From: Octopus vulgaris
Lineage: Eukaryota
NCBI GenBank assembly: GCA_951406725.2
Contig: OX597820.1
Location: 33,976,001 to 34,040,000, forward strand
DNA: 64,000 nucleotides
Direction: 5' to 3'
Each line of letters starts with the position of its first letter. The stretch's first letter is position 1. Shown here piece after piece: positions 40,531-53,145 of this stretch. Both the position numbers and the translations under genes were made by a program. The notes beneath the pieces are model-generated. The model worked only from the letters and a program-made list of their open reading frames with translations. It made no database searches and was not told the DNA's origin.

Positions 40531-40886
40531 ATACTACTACCTTTCTCGAGAAAGAATATGTGGTGGTCTTAACAAAGTTTGTGTGCAGAAATGTACGGCA
40601 AAAACTCATTCACATGGTGCATAAATGTGTGCATGTGCACACATGCAAATTCTTAAGTAAGATTGGAAACAGAAATTGTCCAAACAAATGCATACAGTTC
40701 TTAAAAAGACCAATGCTTGAAAGATGGCACTGTTTTAGCAACAAAAACCCTTTGATATTGTTCATATAACTAGAAGCCATTCAAATAAATACGTATATAA
40801 ACTTGAAAAGGAGAAATTGGTAATATCTTTAATGTATGGATTTATAAACTTCTTTTACATTGACTGAGTTAAAAGATTCCTTAAGG

Positions 40887-41086
40887 CAGTGCTTTTCAAA
40901 CTTTTTGCTGGAGCAGAACCCCAAGGAAACATTCCACTGGCTCGGGGAACCCCTGTGCAATAATTTAATTGTCTTATGCACACATATCTGCACAGGAAAA
41001 TTAAAAATTACTGCTGATTTTAGCAGTTTTGTAACTTCTTGCGGAACTCTGGACTGTACTGGTGGAACCCTGGTTGAAAACCACTG
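40887..41086. mobile_element. hAT (Charlie-type) MITE, 200 bp
   Basis: TIRs cagtgcttttcaa / ttgaaaaccactg (12 of 13 match); perfect 8-bp TSD ccttaagg at 40879-40886 and 41087-41094. Confidence 0.92.
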
Positions 41087-41471
41087 CCTTAAGGGTTTGA
41101 TTTGATTTAGCCAGGTTTTTACTCTGAATGTATGCTAGTGGCATGTATATTTTACAGAAGATTTCAAAATTAAAATGTAATATTTTTTATAAAATGGACA
41201 ATTGATGTGAATGTGTATGTCTAAGCATTGCCACAGCTGATGTTTGACATCTCTGAACTATAATTTACAAATCTGGATAAGTTTCTATGCCTTGAGAAGA
41301 CAAGAAATGTTGCTCTTTGAAGAAAAAAACCCTTTATCAGACTGAAGCATTTAAATCTTTCACTTTTCTATCTTTTTCTTTTCCGCAAAAAAAAAAAAAA
41401 TCTTTGCTTGAAATTGCAATACTCACATCTCCACTCAATATAATATCATCTAAAAGAAGGAATATACTCAC

Positions 41472-41743
41472 ATGTGCTTCATTGGACTTGTGGCATTTTC
41501 TGCCTGCCGCCTGCTGTTGTCCTCTTTGTAGAGGGTGTAATTATTGTCCTTGTTAAGGTTCGCTGGAGGGAAATTCTGTTTTGTCACTCTAGCTGTTGAC
41601 ATTGGAATTGCTCCCACAGTTGAGCTGCGAGGCCGAATCCCAGCTTTTGGAGAGTCCGGCGGCGTTGGTAGCTGAAACTTGCGTTCCTTGGACATTGGAG
41701 AAGCAGACGGTGACAACTCAGGTGTTGTCGGAGCAGAAGAATC
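41472..41743 (-). CDS. TBC1D1: TBC1D1/TBC1D4-like exon, Ser/Pro-rich regulatory region with RPRSST
   Basis: ttccatttcag acceptor, gtgagt donor; 272 nt, phase 0-2; DSSAPTTPELSPSASP...GIRPRSSTVG...ATSPMKH(M). Confidence 0.9.
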
Positions 41744-43336
41744 CTGAAATGGAAATAAAATCAACTGGTACAGAATTCTGTTTAGACTTCCATAATGTCA
41801 AGGCAGAATGGCTCTGAGGTTCAGATGTAAGGTTACAGATCTCATGGTTAGGAGTTCAAACTTTACTATAGTCATTATGTTTTGTTTCATTTTAAAAACA
41901 TATAAATCTGCTTAATGCAGAATAATATAGAAGCTACACTCATTTCTTGTTGTCCCTATTAAGACCCAGGCCAGCCCTTGTTTAGTAGACTAATAATCAG
42001 AGCTATTTCAAACCACGATCATCACTCCAGTCTTCTTTTTAATTTGGCACAATGTTTACGAGGTTGAAGGTGTATGTAATGGAATCACAAGCTGTCAAAA
42101 ATGTTTCCCTGCCATAATGGTATAATTCTATACTTGATTCAATCTATGAGGCTGAAATGTTGATACCATGGCTGATTTATTCCCATTGTTTGTAATTCAT
42201 CCTGCATTATCTTGTAGCCATGAGATTTTGATTATATGATTTTCTTTTATTCTTTTACTGGTTTCAGTCATTTGCCTGCAGCCATGCTGGAGCACCACCT
42301 TAAAAGGATTTAATTGAAGAAATCGACCCCAGGATTTATTCTTTGTAAGTCTAGTACTTATTCTATTGGTCGTGTTTGCTAAACCATTAAGTTACGGGGA
42401 TGTAAACACACCAACATCAGTTGTCAAGTGAAGATAAGGGCACAAACACAGACACACACATAGATATATACATATATATATATAACAGGCTTCTTTCAGT
42501 TTCTGTCAACCAAATCCACTCACAAGGCTTTGGTTGGCCTGAGGCTATAGTAGGTGCCATGCAGTGGGACTGAATCCAGAACCATATGGTTGGGAAGCAA
42601 GTTTCTTACCACACAGCCACAATATTGTAGAACAGGTGTAAGAAGCTGGATCTGGTTAGTTTGACCATAAAATAAATACTTTGGCTAGATATGGCTGGTT
42701 TAAATGCTAAGGGGTTAAAATACATATCTATGCTATACGCTGCTGCTCTCATAATTGTTTTAACTTCCACTAATCCATACTTGTGTGGGTTACATAGAAT
42801 TTATTGAAGCAGATTTTCTACAGTTGGATGTAACTTCTGTCAACAACCCTCACAGGTTTCATATAAAGACAAACTGTCCATGAATGGAGTGCCTTTGATC
42901 ACAGAATTCTTGGTCAGAGGTGACCTGTGGCTAAACAGCAAGAGGTGTAAGAAATAGTTTGCGGAAAGTGGGGGGGGAATAGGGAGAATAGCAAGTTCAG
43001 ACTGTTACACACAGCATCCAATACTGGGATTCCCTTTGTCTGAAACTTGGTCTGCACAGGCGCTGGGATTAGGTTTTGGGGAGGTGGCTGTGGTCACCAA
43101 AAATAGGGGTCCTGATGTGTGGCCAATTTGCCCCGGGTCCACTGTTGGGATTCCCTGCTGCGCTTGAGTGAGGTCTGCCTCGTAAGCGGCCTGCACACAG
43201 GAGTAGCCTATGTTGGAGAGCTGTTACACACAGCACCTAATGTTGGAAAGTGCAGACACTCAAGGACCAAGCAACGACAACATCAACAATAGGGCAGTAA
43301 TAAAATAAATAAAAAAATTGCAACATTGCTACATAC

Positions 43337-43423
43337 AACTGAATAAGCTGCCCAGCTACTCTCACTGTCCGTTGTTCCGCTTCGTTGACGAAAGGCTTCT
43401 CTTGCTTCATCCTTTTTACGACC
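43337..43423 (-). CDS. TBC1D1: TBC1D1/TBC1D4-like exon with Akt-type motif RQRSGT
   Basis: tcttttcag acceptor, gtatgt donor; 87 nt, phase 0-0; GRKKDEAREAFRQRSGTTDSESSWAAYSV; this donor keeps the frame with the next exon. Confidence 0.82.
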
Positions 43424-43565
43424 CTGAAAAGACAAGAAAATTAAAAATTCAACCACAACAACAACAATGATAACAACAAAGATGTCACAAAAAAAATGCT
43501 ACTCCTGACATACCTAATATTCTTTTTCCTCGTTACAATTCTTTCATTATTCACCTTTCTGTTGT

Positions 43566-43763
43566 ATTGTATTTTCCAGCATACAAGTCGGAATTTTTCA
43601 AACCAAAATTTGCAGCCCCAAAAATGGTAGACCAACTTATACATAAACACAATTTTGGAGGGCCAAATATTCCATGTGAGATGCAACAGAATTTGGAAAG
43701 ATAGTGACAATGTTTGGCTGTTTACACGATATACTATGGTGACTTGTACGTCAGAAAATATGT
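43566..43763. mobile_element. pogo/Tigger-like MITE
   Basis: Imperfect TIRs gtattttccagcatacaagtcg / tgacttgtacgtcagaaaatat. Confidence 0.6.
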
Positions 43764-45040
43764 CTTACTTTGTGTACTGTGTACTATGCATGTACTTCTA
43801 GTCTTCATTGCTGTTTTTCTTTACTTGTCCTATATAACTGCTTTCCGTCCCCTTTTTTAACCTTTACCAACAAGTTCTAACACATCTGGGCACTGTATAC
43901 AATAAACTCATTATTGCATCTAAAACCTGAGTGTTTATCTTTAAATATTTTTTATTTCCGTGATTATTATTTTTTTCCTTTTTATTTGTTTCAGCTATTC
44001 AGACTATGACCATGCCTTGAAGAATATTTAGCTAACTGAATTGACTCAAGTACTTTTTTTTTTTTAAAGTTCCGGTACTTCTCCTATTGGTGGCTTTTGC
44101 TGAACCGCTAAGTCATGGTGATGTAAACACACCAACACCAGTTGTCAAGTGGTGATGGGCGACAAACACAGACACACACACAACAAGCTTCTTTCTGTTT
44201 CAGTCTACCAAATCCATGCACAAGACTTTGGTCGCCTCAAGGCTATAGCAGAAGGCACTTGCTCAAGGTACAACACCGTAGGACTGTACCCGGCACCATG
44301 TGGTTGGGTAGCAAGCATCTTACCATACAGTCACTGGACTAGAGGCTATGCTGGGGTACAGCCTACAAAAGTTTTACGGTGGATTATAGTGACCCCTAAA
44401 CCCACAATACTTAATTCGTTGTTTATTATATCTTACAGTAGAAGAAAGGCAAGACAACTGCAGCAGAAATGAAGATAACTCCTTCCCCTCCTCCTCTGCT
44501 ACTGCTGCCATCATTTCAATGTCCAGTTTCATTAGTCTTGCATGGATCTGATAAAATTTGGTGAGTCAGATTTTCTAAGGTCAGATGCTCTTTCTTAAAT
44601 AGGGCAAATAATTGATGATCATGATGACAATGATAGTAATGACGATGATGGTATCTTAAAGAAAATAGGTGAAAGTATAATCAACTCCCATCTCTATCTT
44701 TTCAAAAAGAACAATTCACTTCTTCACTACTCATATATTTTTTGTCATGATGTCAACAACCACAAATTGCACAAGGCCATCAATATTTAGAATGGTGGAA
44801 GTACTTAGTGTCACAAATTTACCTGTAATACCCCAGTGATATTTAGTTTAAAAGCCCTCTACCTCACTCCTATAGGAATGAAAAGTAAAGTTAATCCTTA
44901 GTAAGGTTTGAACCCCAAAATATAGGGAGAGATAACAAAATACATGATATTAATGTCTGGTACTTCTGATTCTGTCAACTCACAGCCCTCAAACACATTA
45001 TTCAACCTGCTAGCCAAAAATGGCAGTTAAATCTCCCACT

Positions 45041-46457
45041 ATTAGCGATAATCTGCCCAATTTTCAAGAAAGGGAGCCGTGAAGACCCGCTTAACTACCG
45101 ACTGGTTTCCCTTACATCAATAATCAGCAAGATGTTCGAAACCATCCTTAAGAAAAGTATGATGCTCCACCTCCTAAGCACAGCCTCGATCACTGATTCC
45201 CAACACGGCTTCGTGCCGAAGAGATCATGCTTGACCAACTTACTAGTAATGGAAGAATTGGTGACGCGCATCCTCGATGATAGTGATGCTGTTGACATCG
45301 TTTTATTGGACTTTGCCAAAGCTTTTGACTCGGTAAACCACCGCCTACTACTTGTCAAGCTTCAAGCATATAGTTTCCATCCGGATATTGTACGATGGGT
45401 TGGTGCCTTCCTCTCAGATCGCTCCTTCCAAGTTCAAGTTAATGGTTCGCGGTCCGACGTCTCCAGTGCGAGCAGTGACGTGCCTCAAGGTTCAGTGCTT
45501 GGGCCCTTATTGTTCTTAGTCTTCATAAATGACTTGCCCGACGACCTCACGCAACACACCCTTCTATTTGCCGACGATATCAAACTGGTCGCTCCTCGCG
45601 GTAGTATAGAGGATCTTCGTCGATGCCTCCACAAAATTTGGAAGTGGTCTAACGAGTGGGACCTGTGTCTGAACGTGTCAAAGTGCTGTCATCTGCCTGT
45701 CGGCTCTACTCCTACAACTCAACTTGATTTCGAGCCGGGTCGTCTGCTGCTGGAGAGGACCGATCAGGTAAAGGACCTGGGTATCTTGGTGGATTCCTCC
45801 TTTTCGCCTTCGGCCCAGTGCGTCCATGCTGCCAACAAAGCGCGCGGAATTCTGTTTTTGATTCGACGGTCATTCGGAGTGCTCACAGCAGCCATATTCC
45901 TGCCACTCTATGTCACGCTGGTGAGACCCATATTGGAGTATGGGATTCAAGCCTCTTCTCCTTATCTCCTCAAAGACATACAGCACCTCGAAAGAGTCCA
46001 GAGGCTGGCTACCCGCCTGGTTCATGGTCTCAAAAATTTGTCCTATGAAGAAAGGCTGAGGACGCTCGACCTTTATTCTCTTGAAAAACGCCGCCGCCGT
46101 GGTGATCTCATTCTCGCCCACAACATCATAAGCGGGAAGTGTAACCTCTCGAAAGAGCTGTTCTTCACTCCTGCTCCGGAGCGTCGGCTGCGGGGTCATT
46201 CCGAAAAGCTCTACCTGCGACGATTTCATCTCAATCGAAGGAGAGGGGCTTTCTCCGTCCGGGTTGTGGATCCGTGGAACAAGCTGCCAGATGAGATGGT
46301 GAAGATGCCGACGACCGCTTTGTTCAAAGCCTCCCTGGACCTCAAGTGGCCTGAACTCTTTACATGAACACCACCCTGTACTTAACTCCATGTCCCCCTA
46401 CATGGCCTTGCTATTTGCTTTTGAGCCAAATTAACTAACTAACTAACTAACTAACTA
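45041..46457 (+). mobile_element. 5'-truncated CR1-group LINE with open RT/C-terminal frame (ORF 45132-46367)
   Basis: PIFKKG..DPLNYR.VSLTS, QHGF...SCLTNL, LDFAKAFDSV, VPQGSVLGPLLF, LFADDIKL, RLRGH...FSVRVVDPWNKLP; short 3' UTR and (TAAC)n tail. Confidence 0.95.
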
Positions 46458-47369
46458 CTCTTTCAGAAAATAAGTGACATACACATTGGGTAAAAGGTGG
46501 TCAATTAAGAGAATCATTAGAATGTTAGACATATACTTTATGGTAACTGTTTCAATTTTTTATGTTGTGAGTTCAAATCCTACTAAGGTCAAATTCAAGG
46601 TCGATAATAAAGCACCAGTCAAGTACTGAGGTCAATTCTCTCACTATCACTTTTTCTCTCCCTAGACCAGGGTTATAAGACATCATTCAAAAATAAAAGC
46701 GAGTCAATTTCATTCTAGCAGGATAAAAGGTGAGTCAGTTTCATTCTAGCAGGATGGAAATAACCATCCAGAGAACTCTGAGGTAGTAGGCATGGACAGA
46801 TCAATGTAATGATGTATGACATCATCATCATCGTCGTTTTAAGTCCGCTTTCCATGCTAGCATGGGTTGGACGGTTTGAACGAGGACTGGTGAGCCAGAG
46901 GCTGCACCAGGCTCAATCTGATCTGGCAAAGTTTCTACAGCTGGATGCCCTTCCTAATGCCACCGGTACGAGGGCCAGTCAGGTGGTTCTGGCAATGACC
47001 ACGCTCAAATATTGTTTTTCACATGTCACCAGCAATTGCGCTGGTAAAGCAATGCTGGCAACAATCATGCTTGAATGGTGCTTTACATGTGTCACTAGCA
47101 CAAGAGCCAATCTGTGGCCCTGGCAACGATCACACTTGGATGTACTTTTAACGTACCACTGGCATGAGTGCCAATCAGGCGGTAAAGCAGTACTAAAAAT
47201 CTTGTCAGACTGTTTTAAATAAGTGGATAGGAGAAAAACACAAACCAATGTCAATTGCTTGAATAGTTTTCATCACAGATGTGTTCTATCTGGGACAGGG
47301 ACCACAAAAGGTTAAACAAGGACAATAATTTCTCACAAAAGCATAGTGGTTGTGGTGGTATGGTAGCAA

Positions 47370-47900
47370 AACAGATTTGGACCAAGAAAGCACTATGTTA
47401 AATTCACCCATCCATCTCCTTTGCCTATAATTCCTGGGAGGATTGTGGGGAAAGAGTCCCCAGGTAACCCCTCTGTAGGGTTCTCTCAAGAGCCACCAAC
47501 ATTACACTCTCTTGCTGAATTTCCAAAGTGTGGCCAATTGAGTATATGGATATTATCCAACCATCTTGTTCTTGCTTTAGGTCTCCTGTCAGTTGGTTTA
47601 GCTTAAAGAATTTGTTTTGTGAATTTTTTCCCTGCAAAATTTCAATCACATGTCCATAGTGCCAGAGCTGGGATCTTTCAAAGCTGAGAAATAGTGGAGT
47701 GAGCTACAGAAATTCTCTGATCTCTGACCTACACACATTGTTGAGTAATGTTACTCCATAGCTCCTTTGGAGAAACCCCATTTCAGCCATTTATATTCTT
47801 TTGGTCATTCTTCAACATTCCTGTCCATAAGCAAGGACAGGATTAAAAACTGAATTGATGATAGCCAATTTGGCTTTTAACCAAATTCTTTTCTCCCAAA
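47370..47900 (-). mobile_element. Decayed RTE-clade LINE C-terminus
   Basis: KAKLAIINSVFNPVLAYGQEC...AEMGFLQRSYGVTLL...RSEIRE...ERSQLWHYGHVI...WLDNIH. Confidence 0.8.
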
Positions 47901-48069
47901 GAACAAATACTGAAGCTGGTACATTACTGTGCCAGCACCTGCTATTTTCTGTTAGGCACAGAGGTTTTTTTTCTTGATGACATGTGGGATTTGGATTCAG
48001 ACACCACAAGGCATTCCGTTTGATACTCTGACAATTTCATCAACCTACCAGAATAGATTAGAACATTTT

Positions 48070-48560
48070 TATGGCAGAGTTTCAGAATAGTTGTCATAAA
48101 GCAAATGAAATTTCTTATTTTTTCGGTTTTCAGTACTGTTCATAATCTTAAAAAGAAAAAAATTTCAAAATTCCATGTTTACCAAATTTCTGAACCCCCA
48201 TCCCTTCATCATGCCTTCAGAATAGCTGTCATGATTAAAATGAATTCTTTTTGTTATTTCTTTTTGTCATTTTAAACCCATGTAACCTGCATTAAAAAAA
48301 TTTTTTTTTCAAAAATTCATGTTCTTCAAACTTCATGTCCCTCAACCCTTTCATTGTTACTTTGGAGTAGCTGTCACGATCAAACTAAAATTTTTTTGAC
48401 AATTTTTTCGTCATTTCCTAACATCTCACACTCTAGTACATACATAACTTGCATTTAAAAAATGTCTATTTTTCAGAACCCATGTTTTTCAAATTTTTTT
48501 TTACCCCCATCCTTTATCATGCCTTTGGAATAGCTGCCACGTTCAAAACGAAAGTTTGCT
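48070..48560. repeat. Four diverged tandem units of about 135-165 bp
   Basis: Anchor GAATAGCTGTCA-like at about 48085, 48220, 48365, 48528. Confidence 0.75.
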
Positions 48561-49440
48561 GGGTAGTGTGGTGAGATTTATTTGTCATATTATATATACA
48601 ATTCATTTAACTTTCATATTGTATAGAAAAATGTTTTAACAGAATGGCAAAAGTGAAAGAAAGAAAAAAAAAAAAGAAACAGTAGGAAACAGACCATAAA
48701 GTAGATGAAAAACAGGCAGAAAATTTTAAAAAAACGTCAGATTTTGGAAAAAAAAAAATTTTTTTTCCCCTATGAATCATTTAAAAATGTTGGGTATAAT
48801 ACAATAATAAAAAAACTGAGGTGGTAGGGTAACACGAAATATTCCATTTTATTCGTGACAGCTGTTCTGAAAGTCCACCATTTAAAAAAAAAAAAAATTT
48901 CATTTCGAAAAGATAAAAAGCTAAGTTGACCTTAGTGTTATCTGAACTCAGAGCACAGGGAGTTGAAACAAATACAGTGAAGCATATCATCAGAATTTAG
49001 GGAGCAGGGAGTGGGGAAAATCGATTAAATTGATACCGGTACTTTTCTGCTAACAATTTTCTTAACTTTGTTGAGACTGACACTCAGTAAAAAGGGAGAT
49101 AACTAAAAACTGCAAGAAGGGGACCCCTACATGGTCAGGAGGGCTGCAAGAAATAACAGCCACATCTACCTCAAATCACACGTTAGGTTTGTTCTTGGTT
49201 TCTTGAAAGTAAAATCATGTGATGGTCATGGTTAGAATGATCTTGATTATACGTCTGTAAGATAAGGGTTGACCTGGGGGCTAACCAACCTTCAACAAAA
49301 TTAACAACAATAAAAGCTACTAGTCAATGAGGAAATCTCTACATGCTTGCTTAATCTAGCAGAGATAGTAGCCAAATCTCCCTCAATTCTCATGTTTTAT
49401 AAGCAGAAGAACACTTGAAAATAATAATAATAATAATAAT

Positions 49441-49885
49441 ATTCTGCTCAATACCACAGATTTGCTTGTCAGTTGTTTGACCTTAACCAGTTGAGCATGT
49501 CCCTTAGTGGCTGACGATATGTGCATCTCTGATCACGAGCAGAAGTAGTGGGGGAGCATCATAGCCATGTGTTGAGAAGGATTCTTTGGGGTTTGAATAA
49601 TTCACCTCTGGAAACATGGGTGTTTCGTTCAACGTCCTTAAACAACCCTTATTCAGGGACCTTTTGAGCGGGATGGGTTACTTGATCTGAAGAAAATTCT
49701 AACTGGGCTCCACCTGCAAGGTCATGTGCTGTTTATCTTGATATGAGATCACCATGTCGCGCACATATGGTTGTGATGCATGTGCCTGGTGTACCCTTAT
49801 CAGACGGGTAGTCATGATGGGTATACTGGGCTTCATATATTTTACCCCAGTGTCACTTTGATGGCATGCTATGCTCGCTCACTCA
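49441..49885. mobile_element. About 440-bp non-coding element embedded in (TAA)n; second copy at about 39450-39875
   Basis: The two copies align along their length and end identically at ctcaataataat. Confidence 0.75.
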
Positions 49886-50123
49886 ATAATAATAATAATA
49901 ATAATAATCATAATAATAATAATGCAGTCCTTCATATACAGAAAGACATGATGGCCATGGCAGGAACTCCTTTGATTACAATCAAAGGTGTTAGTATTGT
50001 TGCTATTTAGCCCCAGGTCATGATGGTCATAGACAGAACTAATTTGTTAGGTTTGCTCAATGAAAGCCCAGCTGGAGTTAAACAACATCAGCAATAACAA
50101 CAACAAATGGGAATTATACTTAC

Positions 50124-50222
50124 ACGGATTAAGCTTTCAAATGAATTTGTCAGGCTTTTCTTTGCTTTGTTCCTGAAACTATCTAGTTTGGAAGTCTTAG
50201 TCCGTCGATCCATTATGTTGAA
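50124..50222 (-). CDS. TBC1D1: TBC1D1/TBC1D4-like exon
   Basis: ttttcctctag acceptor, gtaagt donor; 99 nt, phase 0-0; FNIMDRRTKTSKLDSFRNKAKKSLTNSFESLIR matches LDMLKNKAKRSLTESLESIL. Confidence 0.93.
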
Positions 50223-50641
50223 CTAGAGGAAAAAAAAAGACAAAGTGAATGATGTGTTAAAGAGAGAAGTAGGGAGAGAAAGATGGGGTAGAGGGAAAGA
50301 GAGAGGTAGGGAGAAAGAAGGAATTCAACTGACCATGAATTACTGTAACAGAAATATATTTTACTCACACTATAATCAGTAAATACAGGCATAGCTGAGT
50401 GGGTAAGAAGTTTGCTTCTCAACCACAAGACTTTGGGTTCACTCCCAGTGTGTGGTACTTTAGGTAAGTGTCTTCAATAGTCAGCAACTGACCAAAGCCT
50501 TGTGATTGAATTTCATAGACAAAAGCTGAAAGAAACTTGTGGTGTGTGTGTGTATCATCATCATCGTTTAACGTCTGTTTTCCATGCTGGTATGGGTCAG
50601 ACGCTTTGACTGAGAGCTGGAAAGCTAGTAGCTGCACCAGG

Positions 50642-50960
50642 TCCCAACCCTCACTTTACTGACAGCTCTTACCAACCACCTCATCTATCTCCAGTTTCCA
50701 CATTGACCATCAGATAAGGGATTGGGGGACCCTGCCAAAGGCTTTTTCCAAGTCAACAAAAGCCAAGTACAGAGCTTTATCTTTGGCTAGATATTTCTCC
50801 TGCAGCTGTCTTACCAGAAATATAGCATCAGTGGTGCTTCTGCCTGGCACAAAACCAAACTGCATCTCATCTAGGCTGACTCTCCCTAATTAGTTACCCT
50901 CTCTGTAACTTTCATCACCTGATCCAACAATTTGATACCTCTGTAGTTATTTCTATATAA
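50642..50960 (-). mobile_element. RTE-clade RT fragment
   Basis: NYRGIKLLDQVMKV...LDEMQFGFVPGRSTTDAIFLVRQLQEKYL...AFVDLEKAFGRVP. Confidence 0.88.
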
Positions 50961-50974
50961 AGCAACACTTTTAT

Positions 50975-51570
50975 GTAGGGTGTCACTATTTGAGAACAAA
51001 ACTTAAGAACCATTAAGTGGTCTAAACTTTAACTGAATATCCTCTCCTTTTTCAGTCCTAACACAGAAGCTTTGGATCTAATGCAGACAATAAAAAGAAA
51101 TGCCATTCTCATTGCCTTAGCCAGTAACTACAGTGATTTGGGGATTACAGCCTTCTTAAATGGTACCAGGTCCTTTGTGTTTAAGAGAAGAAAGCTCCTG
51201 GCTTTGGAGGGAATGTTTTCAATCACCAAAAGAAAAATATATTTTTGACAGCAACAAAAGTTAAGCCTAGGTCATCATCAATGAAAATCCCAGCAAGTCA
51301 AAGAAGGTCATTGCCAAACAACTCCATATGAGTCAATGATTAGATATGTAGTGCATAAAGACATCAGGTAAAAATCTTATTTTATGAGAAGAGGACAGTT
51401 TATGCCTGGTAAGACTTAGATATGGCTGAAGTGCTTACTAAACAAACTGAAGCACCCCAAGGAGCCCAACATGCTCTGGTTCTTCTCAGATGAGAACTTT
51501 GTCCAAGATTAAAAAGTGAAAAGGAGGAATGATATATGGCACTGCACCAGCATCACTGAAGTCCCCATTT
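50975..51570 (+). pseudogene. Decayed Tc1/mariner (maT/DD37D-like) transposase, left half
   Basis: tagggtgtc TIR-like start; KRNAILIAL...RSFVF...INENPSKS...DIR*KSYFMRRGQFM...LLNKLKHPKEPNMLWFFSDE...RRND.W. Confidence 0.85.
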
Positions 51571-52109
51571 TTACTTTACGAAAGTCACAAACTATCAGCA
51601 GTGTTGTATTCATCACTCTTCCACTTAACAAATCATCAGCTGGCTTTCTATCTTTGGAGACATGTGAAATAAGAGACTCCTTCACTGAAGAACAGGTGGG
51701 AGGTAACTGGGCTTCTATCTACCCAATTCCATTCACACTGTGGGTACCGTTCAAGAATTTGGACCCGGAGATCTCCATTTCCAGTGACTTTGAGGGCCAC
51801 CTCCCAGTGGTGTCGGGCGTCAACGAAGAGCCCTCGACTACAACAAGACGACCAAAGGTTTTTGTTTTTTTTCTACGGTCTGGGGTCTCTCGCCCCTAAG
51901 CCCTAGACTATCACCTAATCACCCTTACCCATCTTGTTGCTTAACAACAACACACTGTGGGTTGACTCAAAATTATCATGGAAGATAATTATGCACCTGA
52001 ATTTGAAACAACATTATTATGTAGTAAGCTTCTTAAACTACAAGCCTGTGCTCTTAAACTGTAGCCACACAATAACAGTGAGAGGACAAGAGAGAAAATA
52101 TATATCTAC

Positions 52110-52235
52110 CTCTAGTTTGCCTGCAGTTTTTCCTGTAGAAATATGATTGTGCTCTTTCTGTTTCTGCTCACACAAGTACCTCAAAGACATCATCATAACT
52201 TCCAAAAGTTCTTCACTTGTCTGTGGGTTTTCTTG
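52110..52235 (-). CDS. TBC1D1: TBC1D1/TBC1D4-like exon
   Basis: aatttacag acceptor, gtagat donor; 126 nt, phase 0-0; QENPQTSEELLEVMMMSLRYLCEQKQKEHNHISTGKTAGKLE resembles ENELIISFLRCLYEEKQKEHIH. Confidence 0.9.
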
Positions 52236-52759
52236 CTGTAAATTCAGAAAATGTTTAAATTAAGATCATAAATAACTTTAATATAAAATGAAAACAAAAA
52301 AGATACTTTTGTGGATTAGATAAAGAGGGAAAGAAACAAAATTTAAAAATAAAACAACAAAATCATACATTAATGTACATATAAACAGTTATATACATAC
52401 ACACAAAGAAACTCAAACATACACACAAAACACAGGAGCCTCTACTAAACCAATGTGGAAACCTCTATGTTATTGCTTGACCTGCTAGAGATAGCATCCA
52501 ACTCCATTACTCAAATCACACCCTATCGCCTTAAAAAAAAACAGGATGGTCATGACTGGAATGTCTTTGATCATAAGTCTTCTTGATAAAAGATGATCTG
52601 GTGTTAGACAACAACAAGGATACATTTACATGTAAGGGGAAAAAAATGTTAAAAACACACCTTTAATAAAGACTAATAAATTATACCATCTGTAAACCAG
52701 TGGAGATGTGATCAATGAAGTTCCAACCATAACAATCCCTTTATTTCAGACAGTCTATC

Positions 52760-53145
52760 GAGAACAACCCAGCACTGAGCAACAATAGTAAGAATGGATG
52801 TAATGTGTCATCTGTAAGCTTCCTCTTTGGTCATGTATTCGTTCAATATAATGTTTTCGGCCCTCGTGAGAAACCTAGCATATGTGCTAGCAAAGCAATC
52901 TCAAAAGTTCCTTCACAGTCCAGATTTCAGATTTATAGAAATGAATGCTTCCTATACATTTACCGAAGAAGGATAGCCTTGTTGACTTTAAAATACTTGA
53001 TTGCCAGATGTTTTAAAGTTTGTTACTGGCACTTCAGGCTTGTCATTTGCATGTGAGGAATTTTTTCTTACTGTCAGCAACACAGGAACCAAAATACTTG
53101 AAGTCCCTGACATCATTAAGTTGAGTGCCATTGTTATAACAAATT
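52760..53145 (-). mobile_element. Decayed RTE/RTE-X LINE fragment
   Basis: GTQLNDVRDFKYFGS...NKL*NIWQS...SEIWTV...TYARFL, resembling DFKYLGS...LNKLDKIWKS...TWTL...TYTRML. Confidence 0.7.

Noticed and set aside
43360-43366. Alternative donor a|gtgaga for the GRKKDE exon
   Set aside because: Phase 1 join to the 41743 acceptor hits a stop within a few codons; the donor at 43337 keeps the frame
45870-46391. 173-aa antisense ORF in the LINE
   Set aside because: Shadow of the GC-rich RT frame with no recognisable motifs
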